Virus record (IMG/VR): IMGVR_UViG_3300034093_003283
Direction: 5' to 3' (one strand)
Length of the DNA: 64,000 bases
From: a virus
Positions 33,838-43,179 of this stretch are shown here, piece after piece. The notes below the pieces were generated by a model that saw only the letters and a program-made list of their open reading frames with translations, did not search any database and was not told the origin of the DNA. The translations under genes and the position numbers were made by a program. Position 1 is the first letter of the stretch. Each line of letters opens with the position of its first letter.

Positions 33838-35418
33838 ATGAGCAAAGCGCTAACAATAAAATCAATAGTAAAAGGCACCGCAGATAAGCCAACTTTCGGT
33901 ACCAATCCTAGAGATCCGTGGTCCGCAAAAGCAAACATTGCGGAAGATGCTGCTTTAAACACATACTTGAAATCTAGAGGTATCAATCCAGAATTTGCAA
34001 CAAAAGACCAGAAGGTTTCGCATTCCAAGACAGGACAATTCATCAAGTGGAAAAGAGACCACATGATAGAGTCCATCACAGAAGCAATTGACAAGATGGA
34101 TGTTATCATGTTTGATATTCCATTGTTGATTCGTATGTTAGAGTATGCTCGTGAAGATGCAAAGACTGATATGGATTTGCACAAGGTTGTTGAGAAGTTA
34201 ATACACATTCGTAAAAAAGGTGTGTTGACTATGAAAGACTATACCTTTGTGACAAGGCTAAGAGAAGGCCTTGAACTTGATGAAAATCATGTTGCAATCG
34301 CAATGGGTCAAATGATGGACGATGAAGGTAGTATGGTTTTGAATCAGTTGGACCAAATGGAACGTGCCGTAAACATGGTTCGTGATTACATTGGTACAGA
34401 CTATGAAAAACAACTACCTGCATGGGTTCAGTCAAAACTAACATTGGCATCCGACTATATTGATACTGTTGGTAACTATCTAAACAGTAAGAATGAAGAT
34501 GTTAATGAAGCTGCATCAGCTTCTATCCGTATGTACAAGGCCTTGCAACAAGCCAAAGAGAAACGTGAACGTGAAGAACGCTTGGGTAACGAACTGTTGA
34601 ACAAGAAACCACCAGAACAAAAGCCTGTACAAAAAGAGGAAGTGAAAGACGAATATGCTCGTAAGGTCAACAAATATTTAAAAAAGAAATATGCACCAGA
34701 ACAGAAACCTGTGCAAAAAGAGGAAGTTGAAATTGACGAAGGATGGAAAAGAGCATTAGGTGCTACCGCAATAGCAGGCACTATGGCCCTGGCCAGTGGT
34801 GCCCACGCAAGAGTCAGTGGTGACCATGTGGACAACCCAGAAATTAATCGACTAACAGGTCAACCAAAAGTTACACAACAAATTTCTCCTGGCGCCACAA
34901 AACCCGCAGCGACAAATCCAGGGTTTAAGAAAGAATACTTACAAAGCGTTGCAGATGGAACACACCCAAGACCTTTGATTAGTAAAGAACGTGCTCAGGA
35001 ATTACTTCAACAACATAAAGACAGTGATAAAGGCACTCAAAAGAACGAAAACTATCAGGACCCAATGGCCGCAACATCTATGCCAAACGGCGGAGCAAAC
35101 AGTCCAGATGATGTTATGCCAAAAGATAAAAATAAGAAACTGATTCAAATGTCTAAGTCTGCTCGAATTATTAAGTCCATCTACAAAAGGAAGGGCATGA
35201 AAGAGGAGATTTATGACCACGAAAAGGAAGATAAGTCTGTTGCAACCTATGGTAAGAAACCAAAAATCCAAAGAGCAACAGATAATTCCAATATGGAGAA
35301 ACCACAAGCCGCTGCAGTTATGACGGGTGGCACCACCTTAACTGGTGAAAAGAGAGATACCATCGAAATCGATCCTATGATGAAGATGCGTAGTAGACCC
35401 GATTCTGGAAAAAGATAA
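33838..35418 (+). CDS. modular internal head polyprotein-like protein
   Basis: IAE, ITE, LDE, VNE and IDE junctions; duplicated PEQKPVQKEEV. Confidence 0.7.
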   Translation: MSKALTIKSIVKGTADKPTFGTNPRDPWSAKANIAEDAALNTYLKSRGINPEFATKDQKVSHSKTGQFIKWKRDHMIESITEAIDKMDVIMFDIPLLIRMLEYAREDAKTDMDLHKVVEKLIHIRKKGVLTMKDYTFVTRLREGLELDENHVAIAMGQMMDDEGSMVLNQLDQMERAVNMVRDYIGTDYEKQLPAWVQSKLTLASDYIDTVGNYLNSKNEDVNEAASASIRMYKALQQAKEKREREERLGNELLNKKPPEQKPVQKEEVKDEYARKVNKYLKKKYAPEQKPVQKEEVEIDEGWKRALGATAIAGTMALASGAHARVSGDHVDNPEINRLTGQPKVTQQISPGATKPAATNPGFKKEYLQSVADGTHPRPLISKERAQELLQQHKDSDKGTQKNENYQDPMAATSMPNGGANSPDDVMPKDKNKKLIQMSKSARIIKSIYKRKGMKEEIYDHEKEDKSVATYGKKPKIQRATDNSNMEKPQAAAVMTGGTTLTGEKRDTIEIDPMMKMRSRPDSGKR

Positions 35419-35453
35419 ATAGTAACATAACCCTCGGTTAAAAGGAGAATAAA

Positions 35454-36323
35454 ATGTCATCTTGGGGAAATAACGATAACGCAGCTAACGCACCATACTG
35501 GGCTGTTGAAACAGTACAAACAACAAATGCACCGGTTGCATCCGCACCAACAGCAGCAAACGTTGCATTGTTGTATGGTAACACACAATTCCAGGCATAT
35601 ACACAAGGTATGACTGTTGGATTATTCATGGTAGATGCTACAGAAACCACTGCTGGTGGTGATAATGTAGTAGATATCTCATTGTCAAATCAAGGTGCAG
35701 GATATGTTGAAGCACCTGGTGTTTCTATTGTAGCTAGTGCTGGTGCATATAGTGCAAGTGCCACCGCTACTATTTCTGCTGGACTGGTGAGTAATATTAC
35801 AGTTGCAAACACTGGTGTTGGTTACACATCAACTCCAGCAGTTACAATTCAAGTACCTGTTTTAACTGTTCCTACAGCTACAGTAATTGTTGCCAATAAC
35901 GTAATAATGTATACCGCACACGGGCAAGCAAATAGTGCGGCTCTTGTTTTCAACTGGGGCGGCTCTGCTAACATTAATGGTCTAACAAACGCAAACACAT
36001 ACTATGTTGTGCCTGTTGATGCAAATCGTTTCTCGTTGGCCAACACCGCAGCCCTTGCAGCAAACAATTCTGTTATTGACCTTTCATCAACTGGTGAAAC
36101 AGGACAATTCTTTACTATTGTTGATGCAACCAGAGCAACAGCAATTGCAAGTCGTGGTTTAAGTCAAAGTGTTGATGGATCAGAACATGCAACACACACT
36201 GGTTGGAACATAAAAACAGTTGGTTCCGGTGGCCGTGCAGGTCGTGTTCAGTATGAAACGTTAGTTGCCATTTCCGAAATTATAGGTGATGGTTCGGACG
36301 ATATTACTTTACCTGACGCTTAA
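35454..36323 (+). CDS. virion structural protein
   Basis: MSSWG start, Ala/Thr/Val-rich, GRVQYETLVA C-terminus. Confidence 0.7.
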   Translation: MSSWGNNDNAANAPYWAVETVQTTNAPVASAPTAANVALLYGNTQFQAYTQGMTVGLFMVDATETTAGGDNVVDISLSNQGAGYVEAPGVSIVASAGAYSASATATISAGLVSNITVANTGVGYTSTPAVTIQVPVLTVPTATVIVANNVIMYTAHGQANSAALVFNWGGSANINGLTNANTYYVVPVDANRFSLANTAALAANNSVIDLSSTGETGQFFTIVDATRATAIASRGLSQSVDGSEHATHTGWNIKTVGSGGRAGRVQYETLVAISEIIGDGSDDITLPDA

Positions 36324-36350
36324 TAAAAGGGGCTTCGGCCCCTCTATAAT

Positions 36351-36737
36351 ATGTTTGATGAATTGAATGAAGATAATTTTATGATGTATGCTATGAAATG
36401 CTATACATCACCACACTGTATTATGTCGGAATTTGAGGGAGATATTAAAAGAACGAAATACCTGAAAAGGTTATTCCGTAGATACAAGATAACAAAATCC
36501 CTCAAAGAACGATTGATTATAAACCATATCATTTTATTGAACAATGTTTTTGGTCCAGAAGCAACTGCAAGAATATTGTTCTATAAGACTGATGTTCGTG
36601 ATTATGATATTCTAAAAACTTTTTTGGATTATCTAGATATCATGCCTGATTTTGTTTATGGTGTAAATGGAAAAACTATAGTATCATCAGAAATACCACT
36701 AGATATAAATGTCGCAGAGATATTAAGAAACATATGA
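36351..36737 (+). CDS. conserved T4-like hypothetical protein
   Basis: RLIINHIILLNNVFG. Confidence 0.75.
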   Translation: MFDELNEDNFMMYAMKCYTSPHCIMSEFEGDIKRTKYLKRLFRRYKITKSLKERLIINHIILLNNVFGPEATARILFYKTDVRDYDILKTFLDYLDIMPDFVYGVNGKTIVSSEIPLDINVAEILRNI

Positions 36738-37387
36738 AAACATTCAAAGATTACTTAGAAGAAAAAGGTCGTTGCTGGCCAGGTCATAGACCTGTTCCGG
36801 GTAAAAAACCTTTTTCTCCAGGTAGCTGCACAAAAGAAGAACTTGAATTGCAAGAAGATTTGCGAAAGTGGTTTAAACAAAAATGGGTTCGCATGGACAC
36901 CAAGGGAAACATTAAAGGTGATTGTGCTCGTGAACCTGGTGAAGGCAAACCAAAATGCCTACCTCAATCAAAAGCACAAGCATTAGGCAAAGAAGGTCGT
37001 GCCAGTGCAGCAAGAAGAAAACGCAGAGAAGATCCTAATCCAGAACGCCGTGGTGCACCTATCAATGTTGCTACCGAAGAAGTTGAACAGATTGATGAAA
37101 AAAATGTTCCAACTAGTCCGGAAAAATGGGCTCGAGCAAAAGCAGCTGCTAAATCAAAATTTGCAGTATATCCATCAGCATATGCAAATGGCTGGGCGTC
37201 CAAAAAATATAAATCAATGGGTGGTGGATGGAGAGCAACATCGGAAGAAGTCATGTCAGCTGCACCAACTAACGCTGTCGGCACTGGTAACATTGCAGGT
37301 TCAGGTGGTGCAGGTGGAGAACCAGGTGTTTCTAAGAAAAGAAATCCACTAATGTCATTCTATAAACGAAAACCTCCAAAGATGTAA
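36734..37387 (+). CDS. modular internal head protein
   Basis: MKTFKDYLEE; KEELELQE, EEVEQIDE. Confidence 0.7.
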   Translation: MKTFKDYLEEKGRCWPGHRPVPGKKPFSPGSCTKEELELQEDLRKWFKQKWVRMDTKGNIKGDCAREPGEGKPKCLPQSKAQALGKEGRASAARRKRREDPNPERRGAPINVATEEVEQIDEKNVPTSPEKWARAKAAAKSKFAVYPSAYANGWASKKYKSMGGGWRATSEEVMSAAPTNAVGTGNIAGSGGAGGEPGVSKKRNPLMSFYKRKPPKM

Positions 37388-37388
37388 T

Positions 37389-37835
37389 ATGTGGATTCTT
37401 CAATGGTTGCCTAACTGGATCTTTTACGGGATATTTTTTGCAGGTCTATTAGGTCTGTTGGCCACTTATATAATGAAATTTATACCGCTTGTGTATGTGT
37501 ATCGGACACCAATACAAGCGGTTTCTGTTTTGTTGATTGCAATAGGCACTTATATGTCCGGTGCAATATCAAATGAAGAAGCATGGCAGAGTAGAGTGAA
37601 AGAGATGGAAGCTAAAGTGGAAGCGGCTGCGGTAGAATCAGCACAAGAGAATGTAAAGATAGTTGAAAAGGTTGTAAAGAAAACCGAATACATCAAAACC
37701 CGTGGCCAAGATGTTGTTAAATACATCGACAAAGAGATTGTCAAATATGATACTAAGTTTCTTCCAGGCGGTCAATGCGAGATACCAAAAGAATTTATTG
37801 AAGCACATAATAGAGCTGCCGAGGCACCTAAATGA
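37389..37835 (+). CDS. inner-membrane spanin-like protein
   Basis: N-terminal TM, coiled coil, Cys near the C-terminus. Confidence 0.7.
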   Translation: MWILQWLPNWIFYGIFFAGLLGLLATYIMKFIPLVYVYRTPIQAVSVLLIAIGTYMSGAISNEEAWQSRVKEMEAKVEAAAVESAQENVKIVEKVVKKTEYIKTRGQDVVKYIDKEIVKYDTKFLPGGQCEIPKEFIEAHNRAAEAPK

Positions 37836-38140
37836 AAAACATTGAAAAACAACAAAAGATTAGCACTATCCTGTTTGTTATAATAACAGCAATATTCTTT
37901 TTTGCAATGTTATCGGGATGTTCAACTACAGTTCCAGTCACAGCTAAATTTCCAAATGCGCCAGAACAATTACTAGCTAAATGCCCTCAATTAGAAAAAT
38001 TAGGTAATGAAGTAAAATTGAGTGATATAAGTAAGACGATTACTGCAAACTATACAACTTATTATGAATGTGCTGTGAAACATGATGCCTTTATTGAATG
38101 GTATAACGTACAGAAAAACATTTTTGAAAGTGTAAAATAA
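37832..38140 (+). CDS. outer-membrane spanin lipoprotein
   Basis: Lipobox LSGC; Pro and Cys rich. Confidence 0.75.
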   Translation: MKNIEKQQKISTILFVIITAIFFFAMLSGCSTTVPVTAKFPNAPEQLLAKCPQLEKLGNEVKLSDISKTITANYTTYYECAVKHDAFIEWYNVQKNIFESVK

Positions 38141-38763
38141 TGGAACTATCTAAAGAACAACTAAAACAATTATTGCCGAAGAATCCATACATTGACCAGT
38201 GGCATCATGCCCTAGAGCAGTTGTTGCCAGAATATGAAATCAATACACCACAACGTATTGCAGCTTTCATTGCACAATGTTCACATGAATCTGGTGGTTT
38301 CACAGCATTACAAGAAAATCTAAACTACAAGCCACCAACTCTACGCAAGTTGTTTGCTAAGTATTTTCCTAATGATGAAATTGCAATACAGTATGCATCT
38401 AAGCCAAATAAACAAGAAGCTATTGCTAATAGGATATATGCTAGCCGTATGGGCAATGGCGATGAATCTTCTGGTGATGGCTATAGGTATCGTGGCCGTG
38501 GTCTTATCCAGTTGACTGGTAAAGACAACTACACATTCTTTGCTGGCTCATTACAAATTTCTGTAGAAGAAGCAGCCGAGTACATGGCAACATTTGAAGG
38601 AGCCGCACAGTCAGCTTGCTGGTTCTGGGAAACAAACAACTTGAACCAATGGGCGGACAAAGGTGATATTGTTACATTGACAAAACGAATCAACGGTGGT
38701 ACCATTGGTCTTGATGACCGAATCAAACATTACGAACATGCACTTCATGTTTTAGGAGTTTGA
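38140..38763 (+). CDS. endolysin, glycoside hydrolase family 19
   Basis: AQCSHES, YRGRGLIQLTG, INGG. Confidence 0.92.
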   Translation: MELSKEQLKQLLPKNPYIDQWHHALEQLLPEYEINTPQRIAAFIAQCSHESGGFTALQENLNYKPPTLRKLFAKYFPNDEIAIQYASKPNKQEAIANRIYASRMGNGDESSGDGYRYRGRGLIQLTGKDNYTFFAGSLQISVEEAAEYMATFEGAAQSACWFWETNNLNQWADKGDIVTLTKRINGGTIGLDDRIKHYEHALHVLGV

Positions 38764-38764
38764 T

Positions 38765-39064
38765 ATGAACGATAAAAAACTATTTTTTGTTGCAATGGGC
38801 TTACTAGTATTGCCGCTTGCACTAGCCTTCTTTGGAGGTGATAGATTTCGTTATCCATGTCAAGACCCAGATAACTGGGAAAAAGATATTTGTAAATTAC
38901 CAAGATGTGATGTGACAAGAACATGTCCTGAACATATTTTTAAAGGTCAACGTGACCCCAGAATAGGACCCCCAAAAGATGGACAAACTCAAACAACTAC
39001 GGCAGTGGTTCCAACACCGGCTTGCCAAGCACCAACAACACAAGGAGCAAATTGTGGAAAATAA
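38765..39064 (+). CDS. membrane-anchored Cys-rich protein
   Basis: TM then RFRYPCQDP. Confidence 0.65.
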   Translation: MNDKKLFFVAMGLLVLPLALAFFGGDRFRYPCQDPDNWEKDICKLPRCDVTRTCPEHIFKGQRDPRIGPPKDGQTQTTTAVVPTPACQAPTTQGANCGK

Positions 39065-39551
39065 TCAAATGTACACCGAAGACCAGTTGATGGCTAGATT
39101 GAAATTCTTTATTGGAATTTGCTTAGCCCTAACACTAACAGGCATTGTATTCGTTGTTCTATACTCAATCATTTTTGTTACACAGCCATTGAATGCTATC
39201 AGTCCTATTGACCAGAAATTCTTTGAGTTGATTATTCCTATCGCTACATTCTTGACTGGTACTCTATCTGGTATCATGTTGGCGGGTAACGATAAGGATG
39301 CACAGAAGGCTGCACTACAAGCGGCTAACAAAGGCTGGGACAAACCACCAACACCAATACAAAAAAATGAAACAACAACCAGCGCACCTTCCTTCTCTCC
39401 AACACCTAGCGTTTCTTCAACAGTCACGAACTCGTTTGGAACACAATCAATGGGCAGCGGAAATAGCTTTGGAAGCGTATCTCAGCCCCAAGTTGTCACA
39501 GGCTTCGGAGGCAAACCAGCCCCAGCGCCAGCCCCACAACCAGAACTATAA
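39054..39551 (+). CDS. two-TM membrane protein (holin candidate)
   Basis: AGGAG RBS, GTG start, 2 TMs. Confidence 0.6.
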   Translation: MENNQMYTEDQLMARLKFFIGICLALTLTGIVFVVLYSIIFVTQPLNAISPIDQKFFELIIPIATFLTGTLSGIMLAGNDKDAQKAALQAANKGWDKPPTPIQKNETTTSAPSFSPTPSVSSTVTNSFGTQSMGSGNSFGSVSQPQVVTGFGGKPAPAPAPQPEL

Positions 39552-39767
39552 ATGAACTTCATACTAAGTATGTTATCAGACGGCACTAATAGTACCGTTT
39601 CTAGTAAAAGAGTAGTTACCCTTCTCGCATTCTTGTTATGCGGCGGAGGGTACATTGCTATGGTATATGGTTACCCAATAGATTCAAAGATTTTTGATTC
39701 TATGATGTATATTGTAATAGCAGGCTTAGGTTTTACAGCATCCGAAAAATTCACTAAAAAGGAATAA
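39552..39767 (+). CDS. small two-TM protein (holin candidate)
   Basis: SSKR, 2 TMs, charged C-terminus. Confidence 0.6.
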   Translation: MNFILSMLSDGTNSTVSSKRVVTLLAFLLCGGGYIAMVYGYPIDSKIFDSMMYIVIAGLGFTASEKFTKKE

Positions 39768-39769
39768 AA

Positions 39770-39976
39770 ATGAAATCAGTAGTATTATCCATCGCTTTAT
39801 TGTTTGGTATGTCAACAGCAGTTTACGCTGAGGCTGAAAAAACAAAAGTGTGTGTTGATGTTAAAGACAAAGAAGGTAAGCCTGTTAAAGATGCCAAAGG
39901 CAATGTAAAACAGAATTGCAAGGAAATGAAAGTGCATAAGAAACTAGAGGGCACAGAAGTTCCTGTGAAAAAATAA
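39770..39976 (+). CDS. small secreted protein
   Basis: Signal peptide, 2 Cys. Confidence 0.65.
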   Translation: MKSVVLSIALLFGMSTAVYAEAEKTKVCVDVKDKEGKPVKDAKGNVKQNCKEMKVHKKLEGTEVPVKK

Positions 39977-40282
39977 ATGGCAACCACTGTAGAAAGAATT
40001 GGTATAGTTGAAACTAAGGTAGAAAACCTTAGTGAAAAGCTGGATGACTTGAAGGTTGATGTTAAGGAGATGCATGATTGCCTTGACAAGACCAGAGACA
40101 GCTTGACAGATAAACTAAATGAGATGTATAATGCATCGTGTGAGCAACACTCCGAATTGGCCAAGAAGATTGGTAACCTGGAACAAATCCGTCAAAAAAT
40201 GATTTGGATGGTAGCTGGTGGTGTTGCATTTGCCGGCATTCTTTCCGGTCATTTTGAAAAAATCGTTGCTTTTATCAATTGA
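39977..40282 (+). CDS. coiled-coil protein with a C-terminal TM
   Basis: Heptad pattern and C-terminal hydrophobic helix. Confidence 0.65.
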   Translation: MATTVERIGIVETKVENLSEKLDDLKVDVKEMHDCLDKTRDSLTDKLNEMYNASCEQHSELAKKIGNLEQIRQKMIWMVAGGVAFAGILSGHFEKIVAFIN

Positions 40283-40326
40283 TTGTTGTATAATCTAGAT
40301 TCTTTGCAATCTTTCTACTTTTTGTT

Positions 40327-41337
40327 ATGTCCGTTTTTATTGATAGAACCTTTCTGCTAAGGGTATCCCCGAAGCTTCAAAAATTCACACAGAAGAAGAC
40401 TGACCTGTATAACTTCAGGTGTCCTCTCTGTGGCGATTCTTCCAAAAACAAAACCAAAGCTCGTGGTTATATTTTTGCCAAAAAGAACAACTACTTTTAT
40501 ATGTGCCACAATTGTGGTGCATCCATTAACTTTTATAATTTTCTGGAAAAAGTAGACGAATCTCTTTGTAAAGAATATGCTTTGGAACGGTATAAAAATG
40601 CCGACACGGGAACTAAAAATGAAAAACCAACCTTTGATGAATTTAAAACTGAAGCACCAAAGTTCAAAAAGAAATTGCAAATTCCTTCCATTGAATCGTT
40701 ACCAGAAGCGCATTTTGCTAAGGCATATGTTCAATCCCGTAAAATTCCAGAGGCCTTTCATTCGGACTTATATTTTGCAGAGGACTTTAAAGGCTTTGTT
40801 GAAAAACTCGGTATCGAAAAGGAAGGTCTCAAGGAAGAGGACCCAAGATTGGTAATTCCTTTCTATGATGAAGATAAGAATCTAGTGGCCTTTCAAGGTC
40901 GAGCACTTGGTGAATCTAAGCTTAGATATATTACCATAAAGACCGACAACGACAACCACAAGTTGTTCGGCACAGACAGGATCAATCAGGAAGAGATGAT
41001 TTATGTTGTGGAAGGTCCTATTGACTCCATGTTCTTAGAGAATGCCGTGGCCACTGCCGATTCAAATTTGATGGCCGCAGCTAAACATTTCGACAAGTCT
41101 AAGATTGTATTGGTGTACGATAATGAACCACGAAATAAAGAACTACATAAGCAGATGGACAAGGCCATTGAGGAACACTACAATGTGGTAATCTGGCCAG
41201 AAATGATTGAAGAAAAAGATGTAAATGATATGGTTTTGAATGGATTCTCACCTGACGAAATCCAAGATATCATAAGTAAACATACATTTGTGAATCTTAG
41301 AGCAAAAATGGAATTTATCAACTGGAAAAAGACTTGA
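40327..41337 (+). CDS. gp61: DNA primase
   Basis: CPLCGDS...CHNC zinc finger; VEGPIDS, DNEPRN. Confidence 0.96.
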   Translation: MSVFIDRTFLLRVSPKLQKFTQKKTDLYNFRCPLCGDSSKNKTKARGYIFAKKNNYFYMCHNCGASINFYNFLEKVDESLCKEYALERYKNADTGTKNEKPTFDEFKTEAPKFKKKLQIPSIESLPEAHFAKAYVQSRKIPEAFHSDLYFAEDFKGFVEKLGIEKEGLKEEDPRLVIPFYDEDKNLVAFQGRALGESKLRYITIKTDNDNHKLFGTDRINQEEMIYVVEGPIDSMFLENAVATADSNLMAAAKHFDKSKIVLVYDNEPRNKELHKQMDKAIEEHYNVVIWPEMIEEKDVNDMVLNGFSPDEIQDIISKHTFVNLRAKMEFINWKKT

Positions 41338-41351
41338 ATGGAGATTTTGTT

Positions 41352-41996
41352 ATGAATGTAAAATTGATATCATACACACAGGGAGCAGACGGCAAGAATT
41401 TGTTGGAACAGGTTGCATATGCAGCCAGAGTCTCAAATCCTGCCAATCAAAATAATAGCGATACAGCTGAAAAGTTGGTTCGTTATCTTATCAAAAATCA
41501 ACATTGGTCACCATTAGAAATGGTGAACATTTGTCTGGAGATAGAAACTACTAGAGATATTGCAAGGCAGATTTTGCGGCATCGTTCCTTTTCCTTTCAG
41601 GAATTCAGCCAGCGTTATGCTGTTGCGGACCTTGGTTGGGAATTAAAAGAAGCCAGATTACAAGATACTAAAAATAGACAAAACAGTATTGTGACTGACA
41701 ACTTGGCCTTACAGGCCTGGTGGGAAACACAACAAAAAAGAGTTATAGATGCATCTCAAAGTGCATATGATTGGGCCATTCAAAATGGCATAGCAAAAGA
41801 ACAAGCGAGGGCAGTGCTGCCGGAGGGTATAACAGTTTCTCGCTTATACATGAACGGAACGCTTCGTAGTTGGGTTCACTATATACAACTCCGCAGTGAA
41901 AAGGGAACACAAAAAGAACATCGTGATGTTGCGATACATTGTGCAGGTGTAATTGAACCAATTTTTCCTATGATTAAGGAATATGTAAATGCCTAA
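41352..41996 (+). CDS. thyX: flavin-dependent thymidylate synthase
   Basis: RHRSFSFQEFSQRY. Confidence 0.96.
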   Translation: MNVKLISYTQGADGKNLLEQVAYAARVSNPANQNNSDTAEKLVRYLIKNQHWSPLEMVNICLEIETTRDIARQILRHRSFSFQEFSQRYAVADLGWELKEARLQDTKNRQNSIVTDNLALQAWWETQQKRVIDASQSAYDWAIQNGIAKEQARAVLPEGITVSRLYMNGTLRSWVHYIQLRSEKGTQKEHRDVAIHCAGVIEPIFPMIKEYVNA

Positions 41997-42786
41997 ACTT
42001 ATTAATGATGTGAATTGGTTATCTTTAAGAGAAGGATTTTTAAACAATGAACCTTTTAATCATGTCATCATTGATAATTTTTTTACGGAAGAAACGGTAA
42101 ATAATCTTTTATTGGAATTTCCAGATTATGAAAGTGAGAAATGGGATTTTCATTATTCGAATGCGATTGAAAATAAAAAGGCTTGCAACCATTGGGATAA
42201 ATTTCCAAAAACAACATACTTGGTTATGAGTTATCTTTGTGGACCAGAATTCAAAAAGATTGTGAAAGATATTACAGGACAAAAAAGTGTTCAAGCTGAT
42301 GTTGGATTACATGGCGGTGGATGGCATGCTCATAAAACAAATGGTAAATTAAACATTCATTTGGATTATTCAATACATCCAAAATTAGGTTTAGAGAGAA
42401 AATATAATTTAATAATTTATTTAACACCAAATTGGTTACCTGAATGGGGTGGAGAACTGGAATTGTGGTCGCATGACAATGAAACAAATAGTGCAAAAGA
42501 ATGTGTTAAAAGTATAGAAAATAAATTTAATCGTGCGGTGTTATTTCACACATTACAAAATTCTTGGCACGGTTTACCAGACAACTTAAATTGTCCAGAT
42601 GGTGAAATGAGGAGAAGTCTTGCTATATACTATGTCACAGAACCAAGTGAAATTGCATCTCCAAGAAGTAAGGCTCTATTTGTTCCACATGGTGACCAAG
42701 TAAATGATGAATCTGTATTAAAATTGATAGAACAGCGAAGCAATATTGAAACAGCAAATCTGGTGTATAGAGAGAATAAAAAATAA
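41989..42786 (+). CDS. 2OG-Fe(II) oxygenase
   Basis: HLD...WGGEL...FNR...SWHG...R. Confidence 0.88.
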   Translation: MPKLINDVNWLSLREGFLNNEPFNHVIIDNFFTEETVNNLLLEFPDYESEKWDFHYSNAIENKKACNHWDKFPKTTYLVMSYLCGPEFKKIVKDITGQKSVQADVGLHGGGWHAHKTNGKLNIHLDYSIHPKLGLERKYNLIIYLTPNWLPEWGGELELWSHDNETNSAKECVKSIENKFNRAVLFHTLQNSWHGLPDNLNCPDGEMRRSLAIYYVTEPSEIASPRSKALFVPHGDQVNDESVLKLIEQRSNIETANLVYRENKK

Positions 42787-42813
42787 TGTATTGTAATAAT
42801 AAGGAGTATATCA

Positions 42814-43173
42814 ATGAACAGTAAAGACGATGTTAAAACATTTATGATTGCATGTGGCCAAACTAAAAATGATTTTGGTCCTCAGGCAGAATTGTATGTC
42901 GATTTGGTTATTGAAGAATTTAAAGAACTTATGACAGCATATGGCAACAGAGACAAAGTGGAAATTGCCGATGCATGTGCAGATTTGAAATGGGTCATTG
43001 AAGGATTGGAACACTCTTTAAATATTCCACAACAAGAAGTGTGGGATGAAGTATCAAGAAGCAATTTGGCCAAAATCAGCCCTAGTGGTAAAGTAGAAAA
43101 AAGAGAAGATGGTAAAGTGTTGAAACCTGAAGGTTGGACACCACCTAATATTAAAGCAATTATAAAGAGGTAA
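42814..43173 (+). CDS. MazG-like NTP pyrophosphohydrolase
   Basis: EEFKE, EIADACAD, SNLAK, DGKVLKP. Confidence 0.85.
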   Translation: MNSKDDVKTFMIACGQTKNDFGPQAELYVDLVIEEFKELMTAYGNRDKVEIADACADLKWVIEGLEHSLNIPQQEVWDEVSRSNLAKISPSGKVEKREDGKVLKPEGWTPPNIKAIIKR

Positions 43174-43179
43174 AAAGAT

